Shown: one piece after another, positions 30,625 through 41,152 of the stretch | Position numbering within the stretch: the first letter of the stretch is position 1 | How the letters are laid out: the number at the start of each line of letters is the position of its first letter | Assembly (NCBI GenBank): GCA_934169415.1 | Contig: CAKPNP010000001.1 | Location: 25,854 to 89,853 of the forward strand | Length of the DNA: 64,000 nt | Direction: 5' to 3' | Source: an uncultured Bacilli bacterium | GTDB lineage: Bacteria; Bacillota_I; Bacilli_A; RF39; UBA660 | Program-made: the position numbers and the translations under genes | Notes under the pieces: generated by a model | The model's database searches: none | What the model was told of the DNA's origin: nothing | Seen by the model: only the letters and a program-made list of their open reading frames with translations

Positions 30625-31551
30625 TTGAAAAAGACGTTTAAAACACTAGAAGAACAAATAAAAATACTTGAATCTCGTGGTTTAATTATAAATGATTATG
30701 ATAAGACGTATGACATTCTTTTTAAAGAAAATTATTTTTTTATAAATGGGTATAGACATTTTTTAGTAAAAACGGATTGTCCTAATCAATTTAAAGAGGG
30801 TGCCACTTTTGAAGAATTATATTCGTTATTTTTATTTGATAGATATTTAAGAAATATAATGTTTAAGAACATATTAATAGTTGAAAATAATATTAAATCT
30901 ATAATAAGTTATCAATTATCTAAGAAATATGGGTATAGGGAGCATGATTATTTAAATCCAAAACACTTTAGGCAAGAAAGTTTTAAATTAACTCAGGTAA
31001 ATGATATTTTAAATAAGATGAAAAGACAAATAAGATTAAATGCTAAACAACATAGAGCAACTAAACACTATATTTCAAATTATGGTTATATTCCAATGTG
31101 GGTATCTGTTAAGGTTTTATCTTTTGGTATAATGGCTGAATTATATTCAATATTAAAAGAAGAAGATCAAGATGAAGTAGCCTCTTATTATAATATAAGT
31201 AGTTATGAATTAAATATTTATTTAGCTTTATTATCTAATTATAGAAATTTATGTGCACATGAGGATATGTTATATGATTATCAAACACAAAGAAGTATCC
31301 CAGATTGTAAATATCATGAACTTTTAAATATTGATAAAGAATATGAAGAATATGTATGTGGAAAAAACGACTTTTATGCAATCATTATAATAATGAAATC
31401 TATGTTAAGTTATGATGAATTTAGAAATATGATGAATGAAATAAGTTATGAATTAGAAAGATTATCGGGATTATTACATACTACAAATATTAATGAAGTA
31501 AAAGAAAAAATAGGTTTTCCAACTAATTATAGGGATATAATTGATTTATAA
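30625..31551 (+). CDS. Abi_2 (AbiD/AbiF-like) abortive infection protein
   Basis: KTLEEQIKILESRGLIINDYDKTYDILFKENYFFINGYRHFL is the hallmark Abi_2 N-terminus. 308 aa. Confidence 0.75.
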   Translation: MKKTFKTLEEQIKILESRGLIINDYDKTYDILFKENYFFINGYRHFLVKTDCPNQFKEGATFEELYSLFLFDRYLRNIMFKNILIVENNIKSIISYQLSKKYGYREHDYLNPKHFRQESFKLTQVNDILNKMKRQIRLNAKQHRATKHYISNYGYIPMWVSVKVLSFGIMAELYSILKEEDQDEVASYYNISSYELNIYLALLSNYRNLCAHEDMLYDYQTQRSIPDCKYHELLNIDKEYEEYVCGKNDFYAIIIIMKSMLSYDEFRNMMNEISYELERLSGLLHTTNINEVKEKIGFPTNYRDIIDL

Positions 31552-31619
31552 CCAAAATTTGCTATTTGACATTACAATAAAAAATGATATAATATAGCTA
31601 CTTTAAACGTTTAATTGGG

Positions 31620-32282
31620 GTGAATAATATGAATGAAGAAGTACTTAATGACGTAAAATCTGATTCTATATTTTATAGAGTAATTAAAAGATTATCTGAT
31701 ATAATTTTTGGAATATTTGGTGTTATTATATTTATACCATTATTAATAATAGTTAAAATTTGTTATATGTTAACAGGCGATTTTAAAAAAGTTATTTTTA
31801 CACAAGATAGAATTGGTAAAAATGGTAAAAATTTTAAGTTATATAAATTTAGATCTATGGTACCAAATGCAGATGAAATATTGTTTAAATATTTAAAAGA
31901 AAATGAAGAAGCTGCTACTGAATATAAAAGGTATAAAAAGTTAAAAAATGATCCAAGGGTTACTAAAGTAGGAAGTTTTATAAGAAAATTTTCAATAGAT
32001 GAATTTCCACAGTTTATAAATGTTTTAAAAGGAGATATGTCATTAGTTGGACCACGTCCTTACTTACCACGTGAAATACCTGATATGGGAGAATATTATA
32101 ATACAATTATAAAAACTAAACCAGGTATTACAGGATACTGGCAAGTAAATGGAAGAAGTGCCACTACGTTTGGTAAAAGATTAGTATTAGATGAATATTA
32201 CTATAATCATTTATCACTTAAAATGGATATTAAAATAGCTATTAAAACTATTTTACAAGTTTTTATTAGTGATGCTAAATAA
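31620..32282 (+). CDS. Undecaprenyl-phosphate sugar phosphotransferase (bacterial sugar transferase, CpsE/WbaP C-terminal type)
   Basis: YKFRSM...DEFPQFINVLKGDMSLVGPRP are the PF02397 motifs. An N-terminal TM is present. Confidence 0.85.
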   Translation: MNNMNEEVLNDVKSDSIFYRVIKRLSDIIFGIFGVIIFIPLLIIVKICYMLTGDFKKVIFTQDRIGKNGKNFKLYKFRSMVPNADEILFKYLKENEEAATEYKRYKKLKNDPRVTKVGSFIRKFSIDEFPQFINVLKGDMSLVGPRPYLPREIPDMGEYYNTIIKTKPGITGYWQVNGRSATTFGKRLVLDEYYYNHLSLKMDIKIAIKTILQVFISDAK

Positions 32283-32340
32283 ACTAGAGATAAACTCTAG
32301 TTTTATATTAAAATTATTTATAAAAAAATAATCAAATCGA

Positions 32341-33156
32341 TTATTTTTTTCTATTTAATATTATTCCAATAAACATAATAGATAAAAGTAATATAATTGC
32401 TAATATAATTTTATATTTATATTTAAATTCTTTTCTTTCTTCGTTTACATAATCTTTATAAATGTCTTCATATTTACTTTTACTTTTTACTTTAACATTT
32501 ATTTTATATTCTTTTTCTATCTTATTATTAGATACTTTAATAACTATTTGACTATTATCCTTAACTTCTTGACTAGATATTTCTACATTATATTCACTAC
32601 TTATAGGAACAGGAACTAAATCTAATGTGGTTATATCATTGTTTATTATAATATCATAATCAAATACATCTTTTTTAAGATTAATATTAACTATATCTGA
32701 TTTTATTTCTTTTAATAGATTATAGTCTATTATATTATCTGTTGGAACAGTATTTACTTCATTTATATCATTAATTGTAACATTGATTTCTATTCCGCCG
32801 ATTCTTACAATACCACTATTACCTTTAGGGTTTGATGATGCATTAATTTCTATAGTACCTATTTTAATATTACCAGTATCAGTACCATTTAATATTACAT
32901 TATGATTAATTGGACTTGATGCTTCATCAGTATATTTACTATCAACAGTAAATCCAGCTGTTACATCATAAGTAGTAAATACTAAACTAAAACTAACATT
33001 CTTAACACTTTCATCTACATTCTCATAAACATCTATTGTCTTACTTTCACCTTTATTTAAAGTTATATTAGTTGTATCAACACTTAAAGCATTAACTTTA
33101 TTAATAAAAATAAAGGATAAAAGTAAAATCAATAAATATTTTACTTTTGTTTTCAT
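32341..33156 (-). CDS. Secreted membrane-anchored protein with a Big_2-like Ig domain; hypothetical
   Basis: Signal peptide, then LSVDTTNITLNKGESKTIDV (Big_2-like), then a C-terminal TM helix plus RKK. Confidence 0.45.
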   Translation of the reverse strand: MKTKVKYLLILLLSFIFINKVNALSVDTTNITLNKGESKTIDVYENVDESVKNVSFSLVFTTYDVTAGFTVDSKYTDEASSPINHNVILNGTDTGNIKIGTIEINASSNPKGNSGIVRIGGIEINVTINDINEVNTVPTDNIIDYNLLKEIKSDIVNINLKKDVFDYDIIINNDITTLDLVPVPISSEYNVEISSQEVKDNSQIVIKVSNNKIEKEYKINVKVKSKSKYEDIYKDYVNEERKEFKYKYKIILAIILLLSIMFIGIILNRKK

Positions 33157-33302
33157 TTATTCACGCCCTTTATTATCTTAATTATAATATTTTATTAAAT
33201 AAAAATCAACAATAACTATTTTTAATGTGTAAAGTATATGAATACTTTTTAATATTTATGCTATTCAATTAAAATTTAATATGTTATAATCATGTTATAG
33301 AG

Positions 33303-33986
33303 GTGTTTATAATGGAAGAAATTGATTTAATTGAATTATTAAATTATTTTAAAAAGAAAATAGGTTTAATAATAATTATCATGTCTGCAGTAGGTATTTT
33401 AGGTTGTATTTATACATTATTTATACAAGAACCAATGTATAATTCATATACAACTGTTATTTTAAGTGGAAGTAGTAGTTCATCTATTACTCAAACTGAT
33501 GTTACATTAAATAAAAATTTAATATCAACGTATGCTGAAATAGTAAAATCAGGTAGAGTTTTAAATCAAGTTATTAAAGAACTTAATTTAGATATATCTT
33601 ACGAGTTATTAAGTAGTGAAATATCAGTAACATCGCTTAATAATACAGAAATAATTAAAATAACAGTTAATAATGAATCAGCCGATATGGCAATGAAAAT
33701 AGCTAATTCGACAGCAAGTGTATTTACTAAAGAAATATCTTCATTATATAAAATGGATAATGTAAGTATATTAGATTATGCAACTATTAACGAATCTCCA
33801 TATAATATAAATATTTTAAAACAATTAATTATATATATATTAGCTGGATTAGTAATATCTTTAGGTACTGTATTTATGATATTCTATTTTGATAGAACAA
33901 TTAAATCAGCTGAACAAATAGAGCAAAAAATTAAATTACCAGTACTTGGAAGTGTACAAGACATCAGTAAAGGTGGGAAAAAGTAA
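33303..33986 (+). CDS. Polysaccharide chain-length determinant (Wzz/CpsC/YveK family)
   Basis: An N-terminal TM, a periplasmic/extracytoplasmic domain and a C-terminal TM. It lies immediately upstream of a BY-kinase. The probable start is 33312. Confidence 0.8.
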   Translation: MFIMEEIDLIELLNYFKKKIGLIIIIMSAVGILGCIYTLFIQEPMYNSYTTVILSGSSSSSITQTDVTLNKNLISTYAEIVKSGRVLNQVIKELNLDISYELLSSEISVTSLNNTEIIKITVNNESADMAMKIANSTASVFTKEISSLYKMDNVSILDYATINESPYNINILKQLIIYILAGLVISLGTVFMIFYFDRTIKSAEQIEQKIKLPVLGSVQDISKGGKK

Positions 33987-34654
33987 TGAAAAGTGAATTA
34001 ATAGTACATGAAAGACCTAAATCTAATGTTAGTGAAGATATAAGAACTATAAGAACAAATTTACAATTTACTGCTTCTAAAGACAAATCTAAAGTAATAT
34101 TAATAACTAGTTCTGTACAAGGAGAAGGTAAATCATTTATAAGTAGTAACCTAGCAGTAGCTTTTGCTCAAAATGGAGAAAAAACATTATTAATAGATAG
34201 TGACCTACGTCTTGGAAGGACTCATAAAATATTCAATATATCAAATAAATTTGGATTATCTAATTTATTAGTTAACTATGAAGAATCTGATATTCGTGAC
34301 TATATAGCAAGTACTGCTATCAAAAATTTATATGTAATACCACGTGGTATAGTATGCCCTAATCCAAGTGAACTTTTAAACTCTGATACAACAAAAAAAA
34401 TGATAGAATTTTTAAGAAATAAATTTGATCATATAATATTTGATGGTGTACCTATAAATGGTCTACCTGATTCATTAATACTAGCAAATTTAGTTGATAG
34501 AGTAGTAATAGTATCATCTTGTAATTACACTAAAATAGATGAATTAGATACTACAAAAAAAGCATTACAAAAAATAAATGCACCTATAGCTGGTGTTATT
34601 ATGAATAAAGCACCACAAACTAAGAGAGGCAAATATTCTTCTTATTATGAGTAG
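33986..34654 (+). CDS. Tyrosine-protein kinase (BY-kinase CpsD/CapB)
   Basis: Walker A ILITSSVQGEGKS, then LLIDSDLR and a C-terminal Tyr-rich tail SSYYE. Confidence 0.85.
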   Translation: MKSELIVHERPKSNVSEDIRTIRTNLQFTASKDKSKVILITSSVQGEGKSFISSNLAVAFAQNGEKTLLIDSDLRLGRTHKIFNISNKFGLSNLLVNYEESDIRDYIASTAIKNLYVIPRGIVCPNPSELLNSDTTKKMIEFLRNKFDHIIFDGVPINGLPDSLILANLVDRVVIVSSCNYTKIDELDTTKKALQKINAPIAGVIMNKAPQTKRGKYSSYYE

Positions 34655-34661
34655 ATGAAAT

Positions 34662-35372
34662 ATGACAGATATACATTCACATATTTTATATGATTTAGAT
34701 GATGGATCTAGAAGTATAGAAGAAAGCATTGAACTACTTAAAAAAATGTCTAGTGTAGGTTTTACTGATGTAATACTAACACCACATTATATTGAAAATA
34801 GTTCTTATAAAGCAGAGAATAAAGAAAAACTATCTAAACTAGAAATTCTTAAAGAAGAAATACTTAAAAATAATATCAATATAAACATTTATTTAGGTAA
34901 TGAAATATTTATTAATGATCATATAGTTGAACTAGTTAAAAGTGGTAAAATATATAGTCAAAATAATACTAATTATTTATTAATTGAATTTCCATTTCAC
35001 AATCAAATATTAAATTTAGAAGATATATTATATGAGATAAAAATAAGTGGATATACACCTATTATTGCACATCCTGAAAGATATACATATTTTCAAAAAG
35101 ATTATAATTTAGTTAGAAAATTAAAAGAAGATGGAGTGTTATTCCAATCTAATTATTCAAGTATATTAGGTGATTATGGTTCTTCTAGTAAGAAATTAGT
35201 TAAAAAATTATTAAAAGATAAATATGTTAATTTTTTAGGAACTGATATTCATAGGATAGGTAAAACAAATGTTGTAGATAATTTTCCTAAAATAGTTAAG
35301 AAAATAAAAAAGATAACAGGTGAAGAATATTATAATCAAATAATTAGTAATTGTAATAAATTAGTAAGCTAG
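34662..35372 (+). CDS. Protein-tyrosine phosphatase of the PHP family (CpsB/YwqE)
   Basis: MTDIHSHILYDLDDGS and TPHY match the CpsB metal-binding motifs. Confidence 0.85.
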   Translation: MTDIHSHILYDLDDGSRSIEESIELLKKMSSVGFTDVILTPHYIENSSYKAENKEKLSKLEILKEEILKNNININIYLGNEIFINDHIVELVKSGKIYSQNNTNYLLIEFPFHNQILNLEDILYEIKISGYTPIIAHPERYTYFQKDYNLVRKLKEDGVLFQSNYSSILGDYGSSSKKLVKKLLKDKYVNFLGTDIHRIGKTNVVDNFPKIVKKIKKITGEEYYNQIISNCNKLVS

Positions 35373-35560
35373 AGAAATCTAGCTTTTTTAATGTATTGGA
35401 ATTTCATTAATTAAATTATAGATATATAATGAATTTAGTAATGCCATATAGATATTTTAAGTCCTGCACTTTCAGTGCAGGGTGGTTGACAAAAAAACAT
35501 TTTTGATACCATTAAAATGAAATTTTAAATTTTAGTTAATGTAGTACAGGTGGTGTAAAA

Positions 35561-36085
35561 ATGTTTATATATTTATATAAAAAAATAAAGTTAAAAAAAC
35601 TAAAGAACAAAGTAAAAAATGGTAATCATAAAATTGAAATAGTTGGAAATTTTGAATGTACAACACCAGATAATATTAATTTAAAAGAATATATATATAT
35701 TGGTCCAAACAACAAATTTTATGGTACAGGAAAAATATATATTGAAGAAAATGTTATCATTGGAAATGATGTAACAATTTTAACAACAAATCATAATTAT
35801 GAAGGAGAATTAATACCTTATGATAGTGTTGCAATAAATAAAGATGTAACAATCCATGAAAATGTATGGATTGCATCAAATTGCTTAATACTTCCTGGAG
35901 TTGAAATAGGAGAAGGAGCTATCTTAGCAGGTGGTAGTGTACTTACTAAAAACATTCCACCATGTGAAATTTGGGGTGGAAATCCAGCTAAATTTATAAA
36001 AAAAAGAAATATTGAAAAATACTCAAAACTAAAAAATGAAAAAAAGCAATATTTAAATTATAAGTGGAGTGATAAAATTAGATAA
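35561..36085 (+). CDS. Hexapeptide-repeat (LbH) acetyltransferase
   Basis: WIASNCLILPGVEIGEGAILAGGSVLTKNIPPCEIWGGNPAKFI has the left-handed beta-helix repeats. Confidence 0.75.
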   Translation: MFIYLYKKIKLKKLKNKVKNGNHKIEIVGNFECTTPDNINLKEYIYIGPNNKFYGTGKIYIEENVIIGNDVTILTTNHNYEGELIPYDSVAINKDVTIHENVWIASNCLILPGVEIGEGAILAGGSVLTKNIPPCEIWGGNPAKFIKKRNIEKYSKLKNEKKQYLNYKWSDKIR

Positions 36086-36150
36086 AAAAATAAAAAAAGT
36101 CTATGTAATTACGTATTAGACTTTTTTGCACTATCCATTTTTTACAAAAC

Positions 36151-37424
36151 TTGTATGGCAATCGCTTAAAAATAATTAAAAAAAAGTGTAAAAAAAAGTA
36201 AATAAGTAACCAAATAATAGAAGAATAAGCTACAATTATACTAGGAGATGGTATAGATGAGTTTATTTGAACAATTTGAAGTATTAGAAGATCCAAGAGA
36301 TATAAGAGGAAAAAAATATAAATTAATAGATATTCTAATAATGACAATTTATGCAATACTATGTGGATAAACAGATTATGTTAATATTACATATTTTATG
36401 AAATTAAAAGAAGAATATTTCAATGAATTATTAGGATTAAAAAATGGGACACCATCACATGATTGTCTATCAGATTTATATGCTCAAATAGATAGTAAAA
36501 AGTTTATGGAAATCTTTATTGAATGGATAAGCGAGATAGTAAAAAATAAAACAGGTAAAAAATAAGTATCGACGGAAAAGCAGTAAAAAGTGCAACAAAT
36601 AAAATAGAAGGTGGAAATATACCATATATAGTTTCTGCCTTTTTAGGAGATATAGGTATTTCAATAGGCAAGTAAAAGTAGATGAAAAATCAAATGAAAT
36701 AACAGCAATACCAGAATTGATAGATTTAATAGATATTACAGGCGCAACTATAACAATAGATTCAATAGGAGTACAAGAAAAAAAAGTTAATAAAATAGTT
36801 GATAAAGGTGGGCATTATGCATTAAAAGTAAAAGAAAACCAAAGCAATTATTAAAAGATATAAAAAAGTATTTTAATAAACAATATAATTTATATGGTAA
36901 TAAAAATATAAAATATTATAAAACAATAGGAAAAGATCATGGAAGAAGTGAAATTAGAGAATATTTTTTATCATATGATGTGAGTTTAATAAGTGATAAG
37001 GAGAAGTGGAAAACGGTAAAAGCGATAGCATACACAAAAATCCAAACAATGATAAATGAAGAAATAACAATAACAGAAAATTATTACATTATTGATTATG
37101 AAATAGATATTAAAAGATTAGAAGAAGTAATAAGAGATCATTGGAATATTGAGTGTGGATTACATTGAAGATTAGATGTAATTCTAGATGAAGACCATTC
37201 AAGAAATAGAATTGGAAATAGTATCAATAATCTATCAATACTAAGAAAGATTGTATTTAATTTAGCAAGTTTAGATGATAGTTTTGGGAAAGTACCTTTA
37301 AAAAGAAAATTAACTAATTATGTATTAGATTTTTCAAAAATAGAAAGACTTATTTTTGAAGTAATACCAAATCTTAATGATTGTCAATAGATTTGTTTAA
37401 TAATTTTAAGCAATTGCCATACAA
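36151..37424 (+). mobile_element. ISAs1-family insertion sequence (~1.27 kb) with a 21-bp imperfect terminal inverted repeat
   Basis: The left inverted repeat TTGTATGGCAATCGCTTAAAA (36151-36171) matches the right inverted repeat TTTTAAGCAATTGCCATACAA (37404-37424) as a reverse complement, with 1 mismatch. The interior encodes an ISAs1/H-repeat transposase. Confidence 0.75.
36257..37390 (+). pseudogene. ISAs1-family (H-repeat-associated) transposase gene, inactivated by multiple stops and frameshifts
   Basis: The N-terminus MSLFEQFEVLEDPRDIRGKKYKLIDILIMTIYAILCG runs into a stop. Later fragments (VDEKSNEITAIPELIDLIDITGATITIDSIGVQ, RDHWNIECGLH) appear in different frames. Confidence 0.8.
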
Positions 37425-37508
37425 AACTTGATTAAAATTATCATATTTGCTATAATACATTTAGAAATTTTATGTTTATTTTTTATATAAAAAGGGGGGG
37501 AAGAAATT

Positions 37509-38633
37509 ATGTCAAAAAAAATAATGATTTATGGTTGGTTTGGAGAAAATAATATAGGAGACGAGCTCCTTTTAAAAGCAATAATAAAATTGATAAAAAA
37601 AACAGATGAAAATTCTAAAATAATTGTTGCTGGAAGCAATCCTAAAAATATTAAAAAAAATCATAGTGAAGTAGATGTATCTATTTATGATTTTTACTTA
37701 AGTATTAAGCAATTAATTAAGTTATTATTTAGAAATCCAATTAAATTTATTTATAATATGATTTCATCTGATATTCTTATTGTTCCAGGAGGTGGAGCAA
37801 TTTCAGATTGGAATCTTGAATCAACAAAAAGAATGTTTTTTATGATAAATTTTTTTAGTTTAATGAAAAAGAAAATATATTTATTTGGTATGGGTGCAGG
37901 TCCCATAACAAATGAGAAAAATTATTCTTATTTTAAAAAAGTATTAGCAAAGGCATCATACATAACAGTAAGAGATGATTATTCAAAAAAAGAATTAGAA
38001 AAAATAGGATTAAGCAATGTTTATAAATCCAAAGATTTAGTTTTAAACATGAATTTTAATTTAGAAAATAACTCAAAAGACAAAAAAGAAAAAATAGGTT
38101 TAATATTAGCACCAGTATGTGTTAACAATGAAAAAATATTTAATAAATTTGTCAAAGAAATTACTAAATTAATTGATAAACTACAAAATCAATATGAAGT
38201 TTCATTAATTCCATTTCAATATTCTTATGATAAAATTTTATTGGATAAAATTGTTGAAAAAAAGAATGTTAATATATTATATGATTCAAATAATATATGG
38301 AGTTCATTAGATTATATAAAAGAACAAGACATAATTATTGCAATGAGGTATCATTCAATAATACTAGGATTATTAAACGGAAAAAAAGTTGTTCCTATCA
38401 TTTATCATCCAAAATGTAATGAGATATCAAATTTGTTTGAAATTCAACAATATTCCTCATATATTGGAGATGGAACAAATTGGAAAAAATCAAATATAGA
38501 CTCGACAGACTTATATAAAAAAATTGCAAAAATAGATAATGATAATTTCTATAACAATAAAGTTAAAAAAATTACAAAAAAAATACAAAAAGAATGTTTA
38601 GAATTACAAATTTTAAAAGAAATATTAAAGTAG
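37509..38633 (+). CDS. Polysaccharide pyruvyl transferase (CsaB/WcaK family)
   Basis: MIYGWFGENNIGDELLLKAII matches the PS_pyruv_trans N-terminal motif. 374 aa. Confidence 0.75.
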   Translation: MSKKIMIYGWFGENNIGDELLLKAIIKLIKKTDENSKIIVAGSNPKNIKKNHSEVDVSIYDFYLSIKQLIKLLFRNPIKFIYNMISSDILIVPGGGAISDWNLESTKRMFFMINFFSLMKKKIYLFGMGAGPITNEKNYSYFKKVLAKASYITVRDDYSKKELEKIGLSNVYKSKDLVLNMNFNLENNSKDKKEKIGLILAPVCVNNEKIFNKFVKEITKLIDKLQNQYEVSLIPFQYSYDKILLDKIVEKKNVNILYDSNNIWSSLDYIKEQDIIIAMRYHSIILGLLNGKKVVPIIYHPKCNEISNLFEIQQYSSYIGDGTNWKKSNIDSTDLYKKIAKIDNDNFYNNKVKKITKKIQKECLELQILKEILK

Positions 38634-38640
38634 GTGAAAC

Positions 38641-40119
38641 ATGAAAAAAAAGATTTTAAAAACGATAGGTATTTTATCTATTTTAGTATTATTTGGAAAA
38701 GCATTGGGGTTGTTAAGAGAAGTTTTAATTTCATATAGGTTTGGAGCCGGATATATTTCAGATGTTTATGTTTTTGAAGATGGCTTTGTAAATGCACTAA
38801 ACTCAATTTTTTCAAGTATTATATCAACAACATTTATTCCAATTTATATAAAAATGAAGAGTGATGAAAAAAACAAGTATATCAGTAATATATTTAGCAT
38901 ATTTGGATTTATAATATGTTTATTAATAATATTATGTGAAATTTTTACTATTCCAATTTTAAAGGGATTTGTACCTGGATTTTTTAATTTATATAATATG
39001 ACAGAGGTAATTTTAGTTACTAGAATAATGTTAATTACTGTATTATTCGTTTTTATTGAAAACGTGTTAATTGCAATATTTCAAGCTAATGAATACTATT
39101 ATTTTTCAGCATTACAGAGTATAATATTAAACGTCTCATTATTAATATTTTTAGTTTTTGGTTATAAATTTGGAATTATAGGAATTATAGTAACAAAAGT
39201 AATATCACATATAATAATTTTAATTTCATTATATACAATTATAAACAAAAAAAGATTATATAATCCTAAATTAATATTTGAGCCAAAAGATGAAAATATA
39301 AAAAAAATGTTTAAATTATCTTTACCAGTTCTTATAGTTAGCATGATTTCACAATTAAATTATATTGTTGACAGAATAATGTCATCAATGCTTAATTCTG
39401 GAAGTATGACATTAGTAAGTTATTCTACAACAATTACTATGCTTCCTTATTATGTAATTGGATATGCAGTTAACTCAACTTTTTTTACGGAAGTAAGTAG
39501 AGTACAAGATGATTCAAAAAAAATGAATGAAGTTTTAATGAAACATTTAGAATATTTGAATAAAACAATAATTCCTACATGTATAGTTTTAGTTTTATTT
39601 TCGACTCAAATTGGATATATAATGTATGGTAGGGGAAACATGACTGAAAATAATATTATTACAATAGGAAAATTAATAGTATTTTATATACCAGGAATTT
39701 ATATGTTCTGTATAAGGGATTTACTAAATAGAATTTGTTATACAATACAAAAAACATATTTGATGTCCATATCTACTATTATAGGATTTATTATTAATAT
39801 CGTATTGAATATAATACTAGTAAAAACATTTGGTATTTATGGATTAGCAGTAGCGACAACATTTGGTTCATTTATATCTACATTTTTAATATATTTCTTA
39901 CTTGTAAGGGGAAAATATATAAAATTAAGTTTTAATTTTTCTTTAAAAAGAACTATTAGATATATTATATCAATTTTAATAGCGTTTATTTTAAAAAAAA
40001 TTTTTAAATATATTATTATTAATGAATTAATAACATATTTAATAGAAGTTATAATATCATTTATAATCATATTTTCTTATAATAATTTTAAGGAAATTAA
40101 GCAAATATTTGAAAAATAA
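38641..40119 (+). CDS. MurJ/MviN-family (MOP superfamily) polysaccharide flippase
   Basis: 492 aa with ~14 TM helices. The N-terminus GKALGLLREVLISYRFGAGYISDVY matches the MurJ family. Confidence 0.75.
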   Translation: MKKKILKTIGILSILVLFGKALGLLREVLISYRFGAGYISDVYVFEDGFVNALNSIFSSIISTTFIPIYIKMKSDEKNKYISNIFSIFGFIICLLIILCEIFTIPILKGFVPGFFNLYNMTEVILVTRIMLITVLFVFIENVLIAIFQANEYYYFSALQSIILNVSLLIFLVFGYKFGIIGIIVTKVISHIIILISLYTIINKKRLYNPKLIFEPKDENIKKMFKLSLPVLIVSMISQLNYIVDRIMSSMLNSGSMTLVSYSTTITMLPYYVIGYAVNSTFFTEVSRVQDDSKKMNEVLMKHLEYLNKTIIPTCIVLVLFSTQIGYIMYGRGNMTENNIITIGKLIVFYIPGIYMFCIRDLLNRICYTIQKTYLMSISTIIGFIINIVLNIILVKTFGIYGLAVATTFGSFISTFLIYFLLVRGKYIKLSFNFSLKRTIRYIISILIAFILKKIFKYIIINELITYLIEVIISFIIIFSYNNFKEIKQIFEK

Positions 40120-40137
40120 AAAGGAAGAGGTATTTAT

Positions 40138-41151
40138 ATGATTATTACAAAAACTCCATTTAGAATGTCATTTTTTGGTGGCGGAACTGATATGGAAGAA
40201 TATTTTAAAGAAAATGGTGGAGCAGTTATTTCGACTACTATAGATAAATTTTGCTATGTAAATGTAAGACATTTACCAAGATTTTTCGATTATTCAACTG
40301 AATTGGCATATTCAAAAACAGAAAGAGTTAAAAGCGTAGAAGACATAGAACATCCATTAATAAGAAATGCAATGAAAATGTTAGACATGCATGAAATAAG
40401 ATTAACATATGAAGCAGACTTACCAGCTAGATCAGGATTAGGAACAAGTAGTTCTTTCGCAGTAGGTACACTACTTGCATTCTATGCTCTAAAAGGAAAA
40501 TATGCAGATAAAAAGAAATTAGCTGATGAAGCAATATATTTAGAAAGAACTCTATGTAATGAAGCAGGTGGCTGGCAAGATCAAATCGCCGCCGCATTTG
40601 GAGGATTTAATCGAATTGATTTTAGTAAAGATGGGTATGAAGTTAGGCCAATAGTAATATCTCCAGAAAGAAAAGAACAGTTAAATAAAAATTTATTAAT
40701 GTTTTTTACTGGATTTACAAGATTTTCATCAGAAGTTCAAAGAGCAAATAATCAAACAAGTATGGAAGAAAAAAAAGCAAAACTAGATAAAATGTATAAA
40801 ATGGTAGACGAAGCAGAAGAAATTTTAACTAACAAGAAGAGAAATTTAGATGATTTTGGGCGACTTTTAGATATGTCATGGAAATTAAAAAAACAAACTG
40901 GTAAAGCTGTATCAACATCAGCAATTGATGAATTATATGAAAAAGGAATAGAGGCTGGAGCATTGGGTGGAAAATTATTAGGTGCTGGAGGTGGCGGATT
41001 TTTAGTTTTTTATGTTCAACCAGAAAAACAAAAACAATTAATGAAAGCTATGAAAAATCTACTATATATTCCATTTGAATTTGACAATAATGGAACAACT
41101 ATAATTCACTATTCACCTGAAGCATATACTCCAGTAGAAAAGGAAAATTAA
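40138..41151 (+). CDS. hddA: D-glycero-alpha-D-manno-heptose 7-phosphate kinase (GHMP kinase, HddA-like)
   Basis: MIITKTPFRMSFFGGGTD, then the GHMP motif PARSGLGTSSSFAVG. It is linked to gmhA and an hddC-gmhB fusion. Confidence 0.7.
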   Translation: MIITKTPFRMSFFGGGTDMEEYFKENGGAVISTTIDKFCYVNVRHLPRFFDYSTELAYSKTERVKSVEDIEHPLIRNAMKMLDMHEIRLTYEADLPARSGLGTSSSFAVGTLLAFYALKGKYADKKKLADEAIYLERTLCNEAGGWQDQIAAAFGGFNRIDFSKDGYEVRPIVISPERKEQLNKNLLMFFTGFTRFSSEVQRANNQTSMEEKKAKLDKMYKMVDEAEEILTNKKRNLDDFGRLLDMSWKLKKQTGKAVSTSAIDELYEKGIEAGALGGKLLGAGGGGFLVFYVQPEKQKQLMKAMKNLLYIPFEFDNNGTTIIHYSPEAYTPVEKEN

Positions 41152-41152
41152 C

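Noticed and set aside
35463-35481. GC-rich perfect hairpin (CCTGCACT-TTC-AGTGCAGG) after cpsB as a rho-independent terminator
   Set aside because: It is not followed by a U-tract; a TTGACA-like box follows instead. It could be a processing or REP-like element, but there is too little evidence to call it.
36078-36664. Minus-strand ORFs of 92 and 62 aa
   Set aside because: They lie in or next to the ISAs1 pseudogene and terminator. They are extremely Phe/Leu/Ile/Tyr-rich, typical of AT-rich antisense noise.
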